DNA of 64,000 bases from Candidatus Bathyarchaeota archaeon (GCA_963768425.1 CAVYHV010000029.1:34013-98012); one strand, 5' to 3'; shown: positions 51,235 through 61,901, counted from the first letter of the stretch. A program made the numbers and translations. Notes: generated by a model not told the origin, from the letters alone.

Positions 51235-52581
51235 ATGAGTCAACTAAAAGATTCAGGGTATCGGGGCGCAGCGTTAGAAGCGCTGAAGAATGCCGATTGC
51301 GAAGTCGGCGACATAATTCGGGTTACTAGCAAAGACAAAATCTACGAAGGCATCCTCATACCTCGCTCAGAACTCGGCGATTGCACGGTGGTCATCATCA
51401 AAATCAAAAGTGGTTACAACATAGGTCTTCGTATAACGATCCAGGACAAAATCGAGAAAGTTGGGAAAGGCGCAAAACCCGCATTTGCCGCGCCACCATT
51501 GCCAAAGCAGAATCCCATTCTGCCCCACGTTGTGATCATGAGCACAGGTGGAACAATTGCCAGCCGAGTCGACTATCGAACAGGCGCCGTCCGAAGCGCA
51601 TTGTCAGCAAGTGACCTGTATGGTGTTGTTCCTGAACTCTCCGATGTTGCTCGTGTAGACACAGAAATAGTCTTCAGCTTATATAGCGAAAACATAACCC
51701 CACAACACTGGAAAGAACTTGCTGAAACCGTAGCCAAGCGCATCGAAGGAGGCGTGGATGGAGTAGTGATCGCGCATGGAACGGATACGATGGCTTACAC
51801 TTCAGCCGCTTTGAGTTTCGCACTACAGAACCTCCCTGTGCCCGTTATAGTTGTTGGGGCGCAGCGTTCCAGTGATCGCCCGAGCAGTGACGCAGCTACG
51901 AACCTCATTGGTGCTGTGAAAGCCGCTGGGGAGGGTTCCTTTGCCGAAGTCGGGTTAGCGATGCATGAAACCGTATCTGATATTGGTATCATCGTTCACC
52001 GCGGCACAAAAGTCCGTAAATGCCACACGAGCAGGCGGGATACTTTTAAATCCATCAATGGGTTCCCGCTCGCACGCGTGAAAGATTCTCAAGTAACGAT
52101 TCTTGCAGAAAAATATAAGGGTCGAGACCCCAATCGAAAGCTTGTTTTGAAATCCAACTTTTGCGAAAAAGTCGCCCTGATCAAGTTTTATCCTGGGTTT
52201 GACCCCGCAATTATTGACTGGTACGTCGAAAAAGGCATTAAAGGAATCCTGCTGGAGGGCTCAGGTTTGGGGCATGTTAGTAGATTCTGCTTCGAAGCCA
52301 TTAAAAAAGCCGTGGCAAAAGGCGTCGTCGTCGCATTGGCTTCCCAGTGCATCTGGGGACGGGTAAACATGAACGTGTACGACACAGGAAGGGACCTGCT
52401 CTCGTTTGGCGTGATCCCAACGGACGACATGTTCCCAGAAACGGCGCTTGTTAAACTCATGTGGGCTCTTGGGCAAACCGACAACCCTGAGGAAGCCGCT
52501 AAACTGCTTAAGACTAATGTGGCAGGGGAATTTTCGCCCAGAACGCTTCCTCAAGACAAAATCATCGAAGGAGGCAATTAA
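51235..52581 (+). CDS. gatD: Glu-tRNA(Gln) amidotransferase subunit D
   Basis: KSGYNIG, STGGTIASRVDY, HGTDT, QRSSDRPSSD. Confidence 0.95.
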   Translation: MSQLKDSGYRGAALEALKNADCEVGDIIRVTSKDKIYEGILIPRSELGDCTVVIIKIKSGYNIGLRITIQDKIEKVGKGAKPAFAAPPLPKQNPILPHVVIMSTGGTIASRVDYRTGAVRSALSASDLYGVVPELSDVARVDTEIVFSLYSENITPQHWKELAETVAKRIEGGVDGVVIAHGTDTMAYTSAALSFALQNLPVPVIVVGAQRSSDRPSSDAATNLIGAVKAAGEGSFAEVGLAMHETVSDIGIIVHRGTKVRKCHTSRRDTFKSINGFPLARVKDSQVTILAEKYKGRDPNRKLVLKSNFCEKVALIKFYPGFDPAIIDWYVEKGIKGILLEGSGLGHVSRFCFEAIKKAVAKGVVVALASQCIWGRVNMNVYDTGRDLLSFGVIPTDDMFPETALVKLMWALGQTDNPEEAAKLLKTNVAGEFSPRTLPQDKIIEGGN

Positions 52582-52582
52582 G

Positions 52583-54478
52583 TTGGCGATTGACTACGCC
52601 AAAGTCGGGTTGAAAGTTGGGTTAGAAATCCATCAGCAACTCAACGCCAAAACCAAGCTATTCTGCGGTTGTCCCCCTGAACTCTTCAAAGAAGACCCAG
52701 AAATCACTTTCCTTCGACGATTGCGTCCAACCCAAAGTGAGCTAGGACAGGTCGATCCCGCAGCCTACTTCGAGTTCCAAAAAGGCGTTAGAATCCTTTA
52801 TGAAGCCAATAAAGCCAGCTCATGCCTCGTTGAGTTGGACGAGGAACCACCGCATCCGATAAACCTGGAAGCTGTAGAAATTGTTTTGACAGTTTCGCTG
52901 ATGATGAATGCTATACCCGTTGATGAAGTTCACGTTATGCGGAAGACAGTAATTGACGGCTCCAACACAACTGGTTTCCAACGAACATGCACTATCGCCT
53001 CGGACGGCTGGATTAAGGTCGGTGAAAAAGTCATCCCGATTCAAGCTCTGTTCCTTGAGGAGGATGCCGCCCGCAAAACTGGAACGCAGGATGAAGGCAA
53101 AACGATCCGTTACCGAATTGACCGCTTGGGAATTCCACTCATCGAAATTGCCACCGGACCCGTAATATATTCACCGATGGAAGCTCAGGAAGTCGCCTTA
53201 GTTATAGGAAGGATTCTGCGTGACACGGGTAAAGTCATGCGTGGCTTAGGCACAATTCGGCAAGACCTTAACGTTTCTTTGCCAAACGGAGCCCTAATTG
53301 AAATCAAAGGTGTCCAAGAGCTCGAATTAATTTCCAAGGTCGTAGATTACGAAGTTAATCGCCAGCTTGGACTAATCAGCGTCAAAGAGGAGCTCGCAGA
53401 ACGAGGCGTCAAAACTGAAGCAATCAAGCCGGATTTCATTGATGTTTCACGCGTCTTTGAGGGGACAAAATGCAAAGTCATCCGCAAAGTCGTTGATAAA
53501 AACCAGGTAATAATGGCAGTTAAACTACCTTGCTTTGCTGGGATACTCAAGCGGGAACTTATGCCTGATTTCCGAGTCGGAACAGAACTTTCTGACCGCG
53601 CCAAGTTCTGGGGTAGAGTTGGCGGCATCTTCCACTCTGACGAAATGCCATCCTATGGCATCGCACCCGAAGAAGTTGAGGCCGTGCGGAAATCCGTTGG
53701 CGCAGGCGAGATGGATGCCTTCGTTTTTGTGGCTGACACAGCAGAAAACGTCGCGGATGCCCTCAAAGCCGTGGTTGAACGTGCACAAGAACTGGTTAGA
53801 GGTGTTCCTGCAGAAACAAGGACGGCGAAGGACGATGGGACAACACGTTATATGCGTCCAAGACCTGGCGCTGCAAGAATGTACCCTGAAACCGATATCC
53901 CGCCCCAGCCAATAACTGCCGAGTTGATTCAGAAAATCAATGCTAACCTGCCCGAGCCAGCCGAGAAAAAAGTCGCGCGCATGATAAAGCAGTATGGGTT
54001 AAACGAGAAACTATCCAAGCAGCTTGCTGATTCAGACTACACGTTTCTCTTCGAAGGGCTCGCAGGGATAAGCGGGGTTCAAGCTTCCACGATAGCGGCA
54101 TTCTTAACTGAAACGTTGAAGGCATTAAAACGGGAAGGCATTAAAGTTGAGGTTGTCAGCGAAGAACAAATAGAAGCCATCTTCCAAGCTGTGGGCTCAG
54201 GAGACCTTGCCAAAGAAGCGCTTTCTAATGTTTTTAGTTGGTTGTCAAAGAACGAGAGCAAAACCGTTCAGGACGCAATATCTGCTTTGGGTTTGAAGAT
54301 GTTCACGGAAGCTGACTTAGCGCCGATTGTTGATCGTGTGGTAAACGCAAACAAGTCACAAATAGATAAACTCGGTAAGGCCGCTTTTGGGCTGCTTATG
54401 GGCTTGGTGATGAAGGAAGTGCGTGGAAAAGCAAACCCTGAACTTGTGGCCAAACTTCTGAAGGAACGTCTCAAATAA
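52583..54478 (+). CDS. gatE: Glu-tRNA(Gln) amidotransferase subunit E
   Basis: GLEIHQQL, VIDGSNTTGFQRT, RPRPGAARMYPETD; start set at TTG after GGAGG. Confidence 0.95.
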   Translation: MAIDYAKVGLKVGLEIHQQLNAKTKLFCGCPPELFKEDPEITFLRRLRPTQSELGQVDPAAYFEFQKGVRILYEANKASSCLVELDEEPPHPINLEAVEIVLTVSLMMNAIPVDEVHVMRKTVIDGSNTTGFQRTCTIASDGWIKVGEKVIPIQALFLEEDAARKTGTQDEGKTIRYRIDRLGIPLIEIATGPVIYSPMEAQEVALVIGRILRDTGKVMRGLGTIRQDLNVSLPNGALIEIKGVQELELISKVVDYEVNRQLGLISVKEELAERGVKTEAIKPDFIDVSRVFEGTKCKVIRKVVDKNQVIMAVKLPCFAGILKRELMPDFRVGTELSDRAKFWGRVGGIFHSDEMPSYGIAPEEVEAVRKSVGAGEMDAFVFVADTAENVADALKAVVERAQELVRGVPAETRTAKDDGTTRYMRPRPGAARMYPETDIPPQPITAELIQKINANLPEPAEKKVARMIKQYGLNEKLSKQLADSDYTFLFEGLAGISGVQASTIAAFLTETLKALKREGIKVEVVSEEQIEAIFQAVGSGDLAKEALSNVFSWLSKNESKTVQDAISALGLKMFTEADLAPIVDRVVNANKSQIDKLGKAAFGLLMGLVMKEVRGKANPELVAKLLKERLK

Positions 54479-54550
54479 CTGCTTCTTTTCAATTTTTCCT
54501 CGCTTTTCGGGTTTGGTTGCACAAAAATTGGCGATTGGCTAAAAATCTAT

Positions 54551-55753
54551 TTACATGAAGTATATGTTAGCAGTCTCTAAGAAGTACGCCGCTATGATTA
54601 GCATGGCGGTGGATAATCCGAATAGCGTGACTCCAATTAAGCGGTTTTTGGTGTAGATTTTGGCGAAAACCCAGTAAATTGGCAACATCGGTATTGCGTA
54701 ACGCATCACGCTGGAGATAACGGAGTCGGTGAACAGGACATAGACCATTGCGCCATAGAATGCCCAGTAACCCAGCGTCATCTTTTCGTCTGCGAATATT
54801 TTTTCGGCGGTCAAAAGAAAGTAAACTATGGGTATGAGCACTAAGATTAAGCCTGCGATGTCAAAAGCTTGGTAGCTAGGGATAGTGACATAGGGTGCAG
54901 CAAACTGGTTTGTAAGGAGCGGGTAAGTTCCCCAGTTTGATTCGCGGGCTATGAGCTGCACGGGGAAAACTCCGCCTGCCATGAAATACCCCGCGATGTT
55001 GAAGATCAAATATGGTGAAGCTACAACTGCCGAAGAAAACATAAGCTTGAATGACTGAGGTTTACTGTTTCTGAATTGTAGCAGTCCGTAAACTAAGAAG
55101 GGTATGAATATCAGAAATCCGTCGCTTCTAGTAAATGAGGCCAGAAACCCCAATAAAACCGCATTGGAAAGTCTGTTTTCTTCTAGGTAATAAAATGCGC
55201 CAAGCGTTAAAGCCATGAACAGCGCCTCAGAGTAGATGGCTGAGAAAAATACGCCGCCTACCCAAAAGCAATAAAACACGGTTGAAATCAACGCAATTCG
55301 CGAGCCGAAGAGTTTCTGAGTTAATTTGTAGAAGAAGTATCCGCTGACAAAGAATGCTATGTTGCTTACGATTACCCCTGAAACCATTAGCGACGGGGTT
55401 AGGGTGAGAAAACGCTTAAAGACTACAGCCAAGGCTGCCATGGCAAGTGGGTAAAATGGAAAGAACGCCCACAGGTGATTGGCTATTTTTGGAGGCATGG
55501 GGCTTCCGGTTGCCGTCAAGGATGGGAAAGTGTGAATGTTCGGGTAACCCAGCGGGTAACCGTGGCTAGCTATAGCCAGGTAATATTCGGAGTCCCATCT
55601 CATGAACATCCCGACAAAAGGCGTATTCATCTGCTTTGCAACCATATGTTCAGAAGTAGAATACGCGAAGACGAAACTGCTGATTAACATGACAGCTATA
55701 ATCAAGATTCGCGACGCCAACGCAATAGTCAAGACTTTGTGGTTATCTTTCAT
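54551..55753 (-). CDS. GT-C mannosyltransferase, PIG-V/GPI18-like
   Basis: RWDSEYY..IA..GY, AFFPFYP, YSEALF. Confidence 0.85.
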   Translation of the reverse strand: MKDNHKVLTIALASRILIIAVMLISSFVFAYSTSEHMVAKQMNTPFVGMFMRWDSEYYLAIASHGYPLGYPNIHTFPSLTATGSPMPPKIANHLWAFFPFYPLAMAALAVVFKRFLTLTPSLMVSGVIVSNIAFFVSGYFFYKLTQKLFGSRIALISTVFYCFWVGGVFFSAIYSEALFMALTLGAFYYLEENRLSNAVLLGFLASFTRSDGFLIFIPFLVYGLLQFRNSKPQSFKLMFSSAVVASPYLIFNIAGYFMAGGVFPVQLIARESNWGTYPLLTNQFAAPYVTIPSYQAFDIAGLILVLIPIVYFLLTAEKIFADEKMTLGYWAFYGAMVYVLFTDSVISSVMRYAIPMLPIYWVFAKIYTKNRLIGVTLFGLSTAMLIIAAYFLETANIYFM

Positions 55754-56022
55754 CTATTTACCAGTCTAACGTATCGAAGCGTTGTTTTTCCCCGCTTCTT
55801 CGGGGAACTACATGGCCATAAACAATTCCACATTGGAATTAGTTTGCTTAAACATTTTGGTATAACCAACCTCAGGATCTAAAAAACGAGGACTTAGCAA
55901 CTGATTCTTGGTTACTTCTGATGGAACGTCTTCAAAATGACCCAGTTTTTCTTGGAAAAGAAGCGGTTAGCCGCAAATCCTAAAAAGGCTTGACATAGCT
56001 TATAGTTAAAGAGGCTAAGTAG

Positions 56023-56493
56023 TTGAAGCGCATTGAGGCACGGATTAAAACTCCTTTCGGGGAAGTTATCGTCGAAGGCGAGAACCCGCAGGAGATTCTT
56101 GACATGCTGGGGCTTATCCCTGAAAACTTTGTGGAGAAGCTCTCTGATTTCGTTTCTGACAGGTTAACCCCATCTGGGGCACAGCTTAAAGGCATCATTG
56201 AAGCAACAACCGAAGGACCAGTCATCGTGACGCGGGAAAACCTAACCCATTATGAGGCGGTCGGCTTAGTTATGTATGCCTCCACGGAACGAAAGAACAC
56301 GGCGGCGCAGATCCAGAAGCTTTTGGAGTCCAGCGGAATAAAAAGTATGGTACCCGCACGGCTCAACGAAATGACTAAACGAGGACAGGTTTTCAAGCCT
56401 GATCCAAACAAACCCGATTTCAAACTGACGATTCAGGGTGAGAAATGGGTTGAAGATGAGGTTCTCACCAAGCTTCGAGGCAAGATGGCTTGA
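56023..56493 (+). CDS. Hypothetical protein with C-terminal wHTH
   Basis: ARLNEM.K.G.V....FKLT..GE. Confidence 0.7.
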   Translation: MKRIEARIKTPFGEVIVEGENPQEILDMLGLIPENFVEKLSDFVSDRLTPSGAQLKGIIEATTEGPVIVTRENLTHYEAVGLVMYASTERKNTAAQIQKLLESSGIKSMVPARLNEMTKRGQVFKPDPNKPDFKLTIQGEKWVEDEVLTKLRGKMA

Positions 56494-57002
56494 GCGAAAG
56501 ACCGGAAAAAATCCATATACAAATAAAATACAAAGAGGTTGCGCAGGAGTTTTCAGCTGAACCGCAGCACGCTTGGCTCTTGGTGAACCAGTTTTTTAAA
56601 GAGTTTATTCCCAGCTTCGAGATCGCACGCAAACTTTGGCTCAACATTAACCTTCAGCAGCTTGCAAAAGACCTCGACGGTTTAGTGGCTTTTTCGAAAG
56701 ACGGACCCAGTTTGCTGGCGCCTAAAAACAAGCTGACAGATAATGAGGCGTTGTCGATTTGGCTGGCAGCGCAGCATCTTGGGCATGAGCTAGGCATGCT
56801 TGGTAGCGACGCCGTTTCGAAAGAGGATTTGCAGACCCGGCTTGGAAAAAGCGGCAAAATAGTCAGTACCCGTCTGGGTGAGTTGGCAAAAAATGGGTTG
56901 TTGACGAAAACCGCTGATGACAAGTTTAGGATAACGGCATATGGCGTTGTGCAGATGCAGAAGGAAGTTGTGCCGAAGGTTCGAGCAAAAACTAAGGTTT
57001 GA
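56490..57002 (+). CDS. Hypothetical protein with C-terminal wHTH, distant paralogue of upstream gene
   Basis: TRLGELAK.GLL....FRIT..G; TTGA overlap. Confidence 0.7.
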   Translation: MSERPEKIHIQIKYKEVAQEFSAEPQHAWLLVNQFFKEFIPSFEIARKLWLNINLQQLAKDLDGLVAFSKDGPSLLAPKNKLTDNEALSIWLAAQHLGHELGMLGSDAVSKEDLQTRLGKSGKIVSTRLGELAKNGLLTKTADDKFRITAYGVVQMQKEVVPKVRAKTKV

Positions 57003-57195
57003 CTGTTTGTATTTTTATATTTTCTTTAGGCTTCACTCTTTTTTGTTAATTGAAGTATGAACCAAAAAACAATCCGAGACAAGCCCTAAGCAGAAACACT
57101 TAACCTGAGCCCAATATTTGCCACAAAAAACCCAACAACTGTGCGGCAACAAAAACTTATATTACTTTGGTTCTACACAATTTTATTGAGGTCAA

Positions 57196-57450
57196 TTGAT
57201 GTTTTCTTCGCTCTTTATAACAACAATATATTCAATTCTTAGCAGTTTAGGGCTAGCGTGGCTAAGCTTGCCGCTACTCGTTATCCTCGTTATAGTGGGG
57301 TTGATAATTATAATCCTCATAAGGCTGTTTTTAGTGCTGATTCCCGCAATCATCGTAGCCGCCATTGTTTACTTCCTGACTGGCGACCTGTTATGGACAG
57401 GTATTGCCTTTCTAGTGATAGCGCTGATATCAATAGCCGCCAAGATCTAA
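57196..57450 (+). CDS. Small hydrophobic membrane protein
   Basis: 84-aa highly hydrophobic ORF with upstream TATA. Confidence 0.55.
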   Translation: MMFSSLFITTIYSILSSLGLAWLSLPLLVILVIVGLIIIILIRLFLVLIPAIIVAAIVYFLTGDLLWTGIAFLVIALISIAAKI

Positions 57451-57610
57451 AGCAACCCCATCATTTCCTTTTTCTCCACAAATCTCTCAGCCAACCAAAT
57501 AGGTCTGAAAACAAAGCAGCAAAATATGGCTCGCAGCTTTTCATAAGACTTTTATACATGGTGGTAGGTTCATGCATAATACAAGCACTATTAAAAGGAC
57601 ACGATAAGTT

Positions 57611-57856
57611 ATGATGATGGAACCAAGTAAAAAACCCTTAAACGTTCTCATTAAGCAGCTGCATGGAAACATCGAAGTTGTCCTAAAGAACGGCTATGAA
57701 TACAAGGGAAAAATGATAAAATGCGACGGCCACATGAACATACTGCTTGAAGGAGCCAACGAACTCAAAGACGAGCAGTTGATGACTAACTACGGTAATG
57801 TGCTCCTTCGCGGAAACAACGTACTCTATATTGTCTTAGACGCAAACAAACATTAA
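57611..57856 (+). CDS. Sm/Lsm RNA-binding protein
   Basis: V.LKNG.EY.G....DGHMNILL; GNVLLRGNNVLYI. Confidence 0.93.
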   Translation: MMMEPSKKPLNVLIKQLHGNIEVVLKNGYEYKGKMIKCDGHMNILLEGANELKDEQLMTNYGNVLLRGNNVLYIVLDANKH

Positions 57857-58752
57857 AACGATAAATTTCTGACTTTCCCGGTCACGTAGTCGCAAGCTTC
57901 ATTCACAGGCAAATCAAGCTTGAACTTGCGGTTGAAAAAAGTAAGTACATTCTTCAAATCACGCAAAAGGAAATCCTCTGCGTTTGCATGGTCAATCGTA
58001 ACGTATTGAGGCCAATCGATAATGAGGATGTGGCCGTCAGGCTTCAAAATTATGTTGTATTCACTCAGGTCACCATGAATTATATGCGCTTTTAAGTAAG
58101 TCTTTCTGACATTGCGCAAGATTTCCTTCAAAACTTTTTTCGGGTCACCAACATCTTTGTATTTCCCCAATTCGCCGCCTTCAATCATACCCATGGCGAT
58201 AACATGCCTGTTATGGCTAATTGGTTTAGGCACTGAAACCCTAACCTTGTAAACAAGCTCCAAAGCCTGAAACTCCTTTTCCGCAGCAAGATGCGATTGA
58301 AAAAGCCAAGTTGAGTGCTCCCGAATGTACCCACGCTTCCTGCGGGTTTGCCGAAAACTTGTTCTTCCCAATCTGTGAAATTTGACAGCGATGCGTTCGC
58401 CTCCAGGGGCTAAAGCATCGTAAACGTCGGCTTCTTTGCCGACGCCTAAAATTTGACCGAAAGACTCGATTACTCCAGCTTTTACAAGGGCATTTATCGC
58501 AAGGGTATCGTAACCTGCATAGTTTAGCTTGTGCCCGACGTAAGAGCCTTTTGACCTGTAGATTAAGCCGAGCTTGTTTAGTTTACCAAGTGTGAACTGT
58601 ATGCGATCCATTGGCAGTTTGGCGTATTTCTGTATCTGCTCAACAGGCACAAACTCCCGTTTGCTCATCGCAGTCTCGATAATCTGCAGTATTCTGAAAT
58701 CTTCGCTTTCCAGCTCACGGAAAACCTTGACCGACATATCCGCGCTCGACAT
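57853..58752 (-). CDS. rio2: Rio2 kinase (start uncertain)
   Basis: N-terminal wHTH, GVGKEADV, KFHRLGRTSF, HGDLSEYNI, IDWPQ. Confidence 0.92.
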   Translation of the reverse strand: MSSADMSVKVFRELESEDFRILQIIETAMSKREFVPVEQIQKYAKLPMDRIQFTLGKLNKLGLIYRSKGSYVGHKLNYAGYDTLAINALVKAGVIESFGQILGVGKEADVYDALAPGGERIAVKFHRLGRTSFRQTRRKRGYIREHSTWLFQSHLAAEKEFQALELVYKVRVSVPKPISHNRHVIAMGMIEGGELGKYKDVGDPKKVLKEILRNVRKTYLKAHIIHGDLSEYNIILKPDGHILIIDWPQYVTIDHANAEDFLLRDLKNVLTFFNRKFKLDLPVNEACDYVTGKVRNLSF

Positions 58753-58906
58753 ACAGTAGTATTGCGCTGCTCTTCCGCTATAAAGCCTACCCACCCATTC
58801 CCACTGTAATTGAGACGTTTTTTGGGTTGGACTTATATGGAAGCAACTATATGTTTATAAAATATCGCCAAAAACTCGCAAACATCATAAGCAACGGTTT
58901 TGAAAC

Positions 58907-59653
58907 ATGGCTGTAGAACAAGAAAGTGTTTCCAAGATACTTTCAATCCTTTCGCATCCTTTACGGAGAGAAATACTACTTAATCTTAGCGAAAAAGGAG
59001 AGTCATCCTTCACAGATCTCCTGAACTTTCTAAAGGTTGATACTGGAAAGCTTAGCTTTCACCTTCGGGCATTAGAAGCTTTCATCGAGCAAACTTCCTC
59101 AGGCAAGTACAAGCTAAGTAGAGCTGGAGAAAACGCAGTTAGAATCGTTCATGACATTGAAGGCTGGGCAGAGGTCGCTGACATTCAACGAAAAGCAACC
59201 CAACTTCCCCTTGCATCCTTAAAGAAAAGAGCCTCAGCCTTCTTGATTGATTTCGCAATAATGTTAGCTATCACAATTACGATTTTTATTGTTCCAGAAG
59301 TTCTTTCCATGAGCATAAAAACAGTTCTCAACGGAGGAATCAGCACGGTACTCTTCATCACAATAGGTCTCCTTTGGCTTTACTCCACGCTGCTGGAAGG
59401 CTTCAACGGTCAAAGCATAGGCAAACGCATCACCGGGTTAAAAGTCGTCAGGACGGACGGAAAAAAGATGAACTACGACTATGCTGCAATTAGAAACTTT
59501 GGGAAAATCTTGCCTCTGCTTCCTTTTGACTTGGTCATTGGAATCTGGCGAATCCCAGACAAAAAATTCATGAGATACTTTGACAAGTTCGCAGGCACAA
59601 CCGTAATAGACCTGCGTTTCCACCCTGTTCAACAACCCATACAAACAACTTAA
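58907..59653 (+). CDS. ArsR-like wHTH fused to RDD domain (paralogue 2)
   Basis: Colinear and highly similar to 45882-46601. Confidence 0.85.
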   Translation: MAVEQESVSKILSILSHPLRREILLNLSEKGESSFTDLLNFLKVDTGKLSFHLRALEAFIEQTSSGKYKLSRAGENAVRIVHDIEGWAEVADIQRKATQLPLASLKKRASAFLIDFAIMLAITITIFIVPEVLSMSIKTVLNGGISTVLFITIGLLWLYSTLLEGFNGQSIGKRITGLKVVRTDGKKMNYDYAAIRNFGKILPLLPFDLVIGIWRIPDKKFMRYFDKFAGTTVIDLRFHPVQQPIQTT

Positions 59654-59699
59654 GGCCGCTAAAGGTGAACTCACGCATTTTAAGCCTAAAGTTACAGGC

Positions 59700-60449
59700 T
59701 CATTTCCATTTTGTCAGAATTTCTTCCCTTTGAAATGTTTCCTTGCTCAAGTAGAATAAAGTGACATCTGCCACGGCTAATATTATGGAGACAAGAATTG
59801 CCAAAAGTAGTGAAAGCTGAGCGCTTGAAACGGCGACAAGTATCAGAATTATTAGCGGCAAAGATACGAGACCGCCTAGCTGTTGAGCGGCTCGAATATC
59901 GTTTACTTTTGAAGATACAATTACGTTCGCTTCTACGCTCAGAACACATGCTAAAGGAGCAATTATAATCACAGTCAAGATCCAGTACAGATTAGGTATC
60001 AAGAAAACGCCTATTCTTGTATACGACCAAGCATCAAGAATCGAAGCAGAAATAGCAGCACCAACATACGTTACTCCCATGCATGGGAGAAAGGCCGCTA
60101 AACATTTTCCAAGCAACAATTCGCCGTCGGTGGTAGGCGTAGCCAACAATGGCTCAAGGCTTTTCTCAATTTTTTCACCCACAAAACTGTACGACGCAAT
60201 GTATGAAGGAAGAAATGCTGGAATAATGACGAGGAAAACTGAGGCTATATCTACACTTTGGTTAGCTGCAGCTAAAAGTTGAGCATGGGTAAGCGATGTG
60301 ATCTGACTGTTTAGCGCAAATATGAAAATAACAGGGTAAAGAGCTCCGAGCAATACGGGTAAACCGATTAACGAATAAAAGACATATTTGTTTTTGCTCA
60401 TTGTGCTTAGATCTTTCTGCGTTACAATCCATGATTTCCACAGCCTCAT
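59700..60449 (-). CDS. ABC-2 type permease
   Basis: SFVGEKIEKSLEPLLATP..ELLLGK. Confidence 0.88.
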   Translation of the reverse strand: MRLWKSWIVTQKDLSTMSKNKYVFYSLIGLPVLLGALYPVIFIFALNSQITSLTHAQLLAAANQSVDIASVFLVIIPAFLPSYIASYSFVGEKIEKSLEPLLATPTTDGELLLGKCLAAFLPCMGVTYVGAAISASILDAWSYTRIGVFLIPNLYWILTVIIIAPLACVLSVEANVIVSSKVNDIRAAQQLGGLVSLPLIILILVAVSSAQLSLLLAILVSIILAVADVTLFYLSKETFQREEILTKWK

Positions 60450-61375
60450 TGCGCCGAAGCCTCCCTTATCAACTTGAGATAGACGTCTTCAAGTGTTGAA
60501 CGCAACTCAGTTACGTACTGGATGTTGCCACCCGCCTTCACAATCGCCCTGATAACTTCTGGATTATCTTTCTCAGGGTTGTCAATATCAAGAATTAACT
60601 TGCTATCCGTAACTCGTAAATTCTTGACCATCCCAAGCTCCTTCACAGCGGCAACCATCGCGTCGCTGACGGCTTCTAAATGTATAATGGTTCTCCGATT
60701 GTAAAGACTATGCTCCAAGTTTTTGGGCGAATCAACCGCGACAAGTTTGGTTTTAAGGATGGCGATTCGGTCGCAGAGCCGTTCTGCCTCATCCAAGTTA
60801 TGAGTATTAAGAAAGATTGTACGTTTTTCCTTCTTAAGCTCTAAGACGAAGTCTCTCACAGTTTTTGCTGCTTCAGGGTCAAGATTCGCTGTTGGTTCAT
60901 CCAAAAATAGCACCTGCGGCTCATGAATCAGCGCTCTAGCAATCGCTATTTTCTGTTTAGTTCCTTTGCTGAATGTGCCCACAACATCTTCTCGGCGTTC
61001 CCAAATTCCCAGAAGCCTCAGAAGCCGCTCGATGTTTTCTTGCCTCTTCTGCGCTGGAACTTCATAAAGCTTACCGTAAAAGTCCAGATTCCTGTAAGCG
61101 CTCAAATTCTCATATAACCCAACGTTTTCAGGCAGCAAACCAACTATTTTCCTGATTTCAAGGCAGTCCTGCTCATTGTCGACAGAAAAGTTGCCGATGC
61201 GCGCTTGCCCGCTGGTTTTGCCGATTAGGCAGCAGAGCATCCGTATTGTGGTGGTTTTGCCTGCGCCGTTGGGTCCAAGAAAACCGAAAACTTCACCTTC
61301 ATCGACATGTAAAGAAACGCTTTCGACCGCGGTTAAGTTGCCGAATTTTCGTGTTAGGTTTTCAGCGTCAATCAT
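60446..61375 (-). CDS. ABC transporter ATP-binding protein
   Basis: GPNGAGKTT, FSKGTKQK, FLDEPT. Confidence 0.95.
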   Translation of the reverse strand: MIDAENLTRKFGNLTAVESVSLHVDEGEVFGFLGPNGAGKTTTIRMLCCLIGKTSGQARIGNFSVDNEQDCLEIRKIVGLLPENVGLYENLSAYRNLDFYGKLYEVPAQKRQENIERLLRLLGIWERREDVVGTFSKGTKQKIAIARALIHEPQVLFLDEPTANLDPEAAKTVRDFVLELKKEKRTIFLNTHNLDEAERLCDRIAILKTKLVAVDSPKNLEHSLYNRRTIIHLEAVSDAMVAAVKELGMVKNLRVTDSKLILDIDNPEKDNPEVIRAIVKAGGNIQYVTELRSTLEDVYLKLIREASAQ

Positions 61376-61390
61376 TTGAAGACATCGAGT

Positions 61391-61669
61391 CTACGGTTTT
61401 TCGTATTTGGATTCTTCTATGCGCTTCTTCTCCAGCTCTTCCTCCGATAGCTCGGGCTGAATTGCGGGTTGCTGTTCTTTCGCCGCTTCTGGAGGCCAAG
61501 TTATCGGATCTTTGACGGAAGAAAAAATGTTCATCAAGCTTCTTTTGCCGCAGGCAGGACATTTTATCAATTGATAAGGTCCCGCATGAACCAGCAAGCC
61601 TTGAGTCACTGCAGAAGAAGTGCTGATTTCGAAAATGTTGTTGCATTTTTTGCATTTTAGTCTAGCCAT
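61391..61669 (-). CDS. Small zinc-ribbon protein
   Basis: CKKC...CPACG; first gene of ABC operon. Confidence 0.7.
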   Translation of the reverse strand: MARLKCKKCNNIFEISTSSAVTQGLLVHAGPYQLIKCPACGKRSLMNIFSSVKDPITWPPEAAKEQQPAIQPELSEEELEKKRIEESKYEKP

Positions 61670-61770
61670 ACCAAGTCAGCGACCAGTTATTTGTGTGAAT
61701 GAGCATTAAAGGTTTGTGGGGCTGTTCTGAGTTTGAACGTTCGTGCTGAATGTTTATGGGGGTGGTTTTT

Positions 61771-61901
61771 TGTTGTTTGTGTTTTGGATTGCTTTTGTTG
61801 TTTGGGACTTGAATCATTTGCAGGTCATGACCCATTCTGACTCTTTTTGACTTAAATTGACCCAATTTGACCCTTTTTGACTGAATTTGACCTTTCCCGA
61901 C
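61771..61901. repeat. Dispersed element copy B with seven 10-bp-phased TGAC units
   Basis: cttgaatcatttgcaggt then TGAC at 61828, 61838 ... 61888 and CGAC at 61898. Confidence 0.8.
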
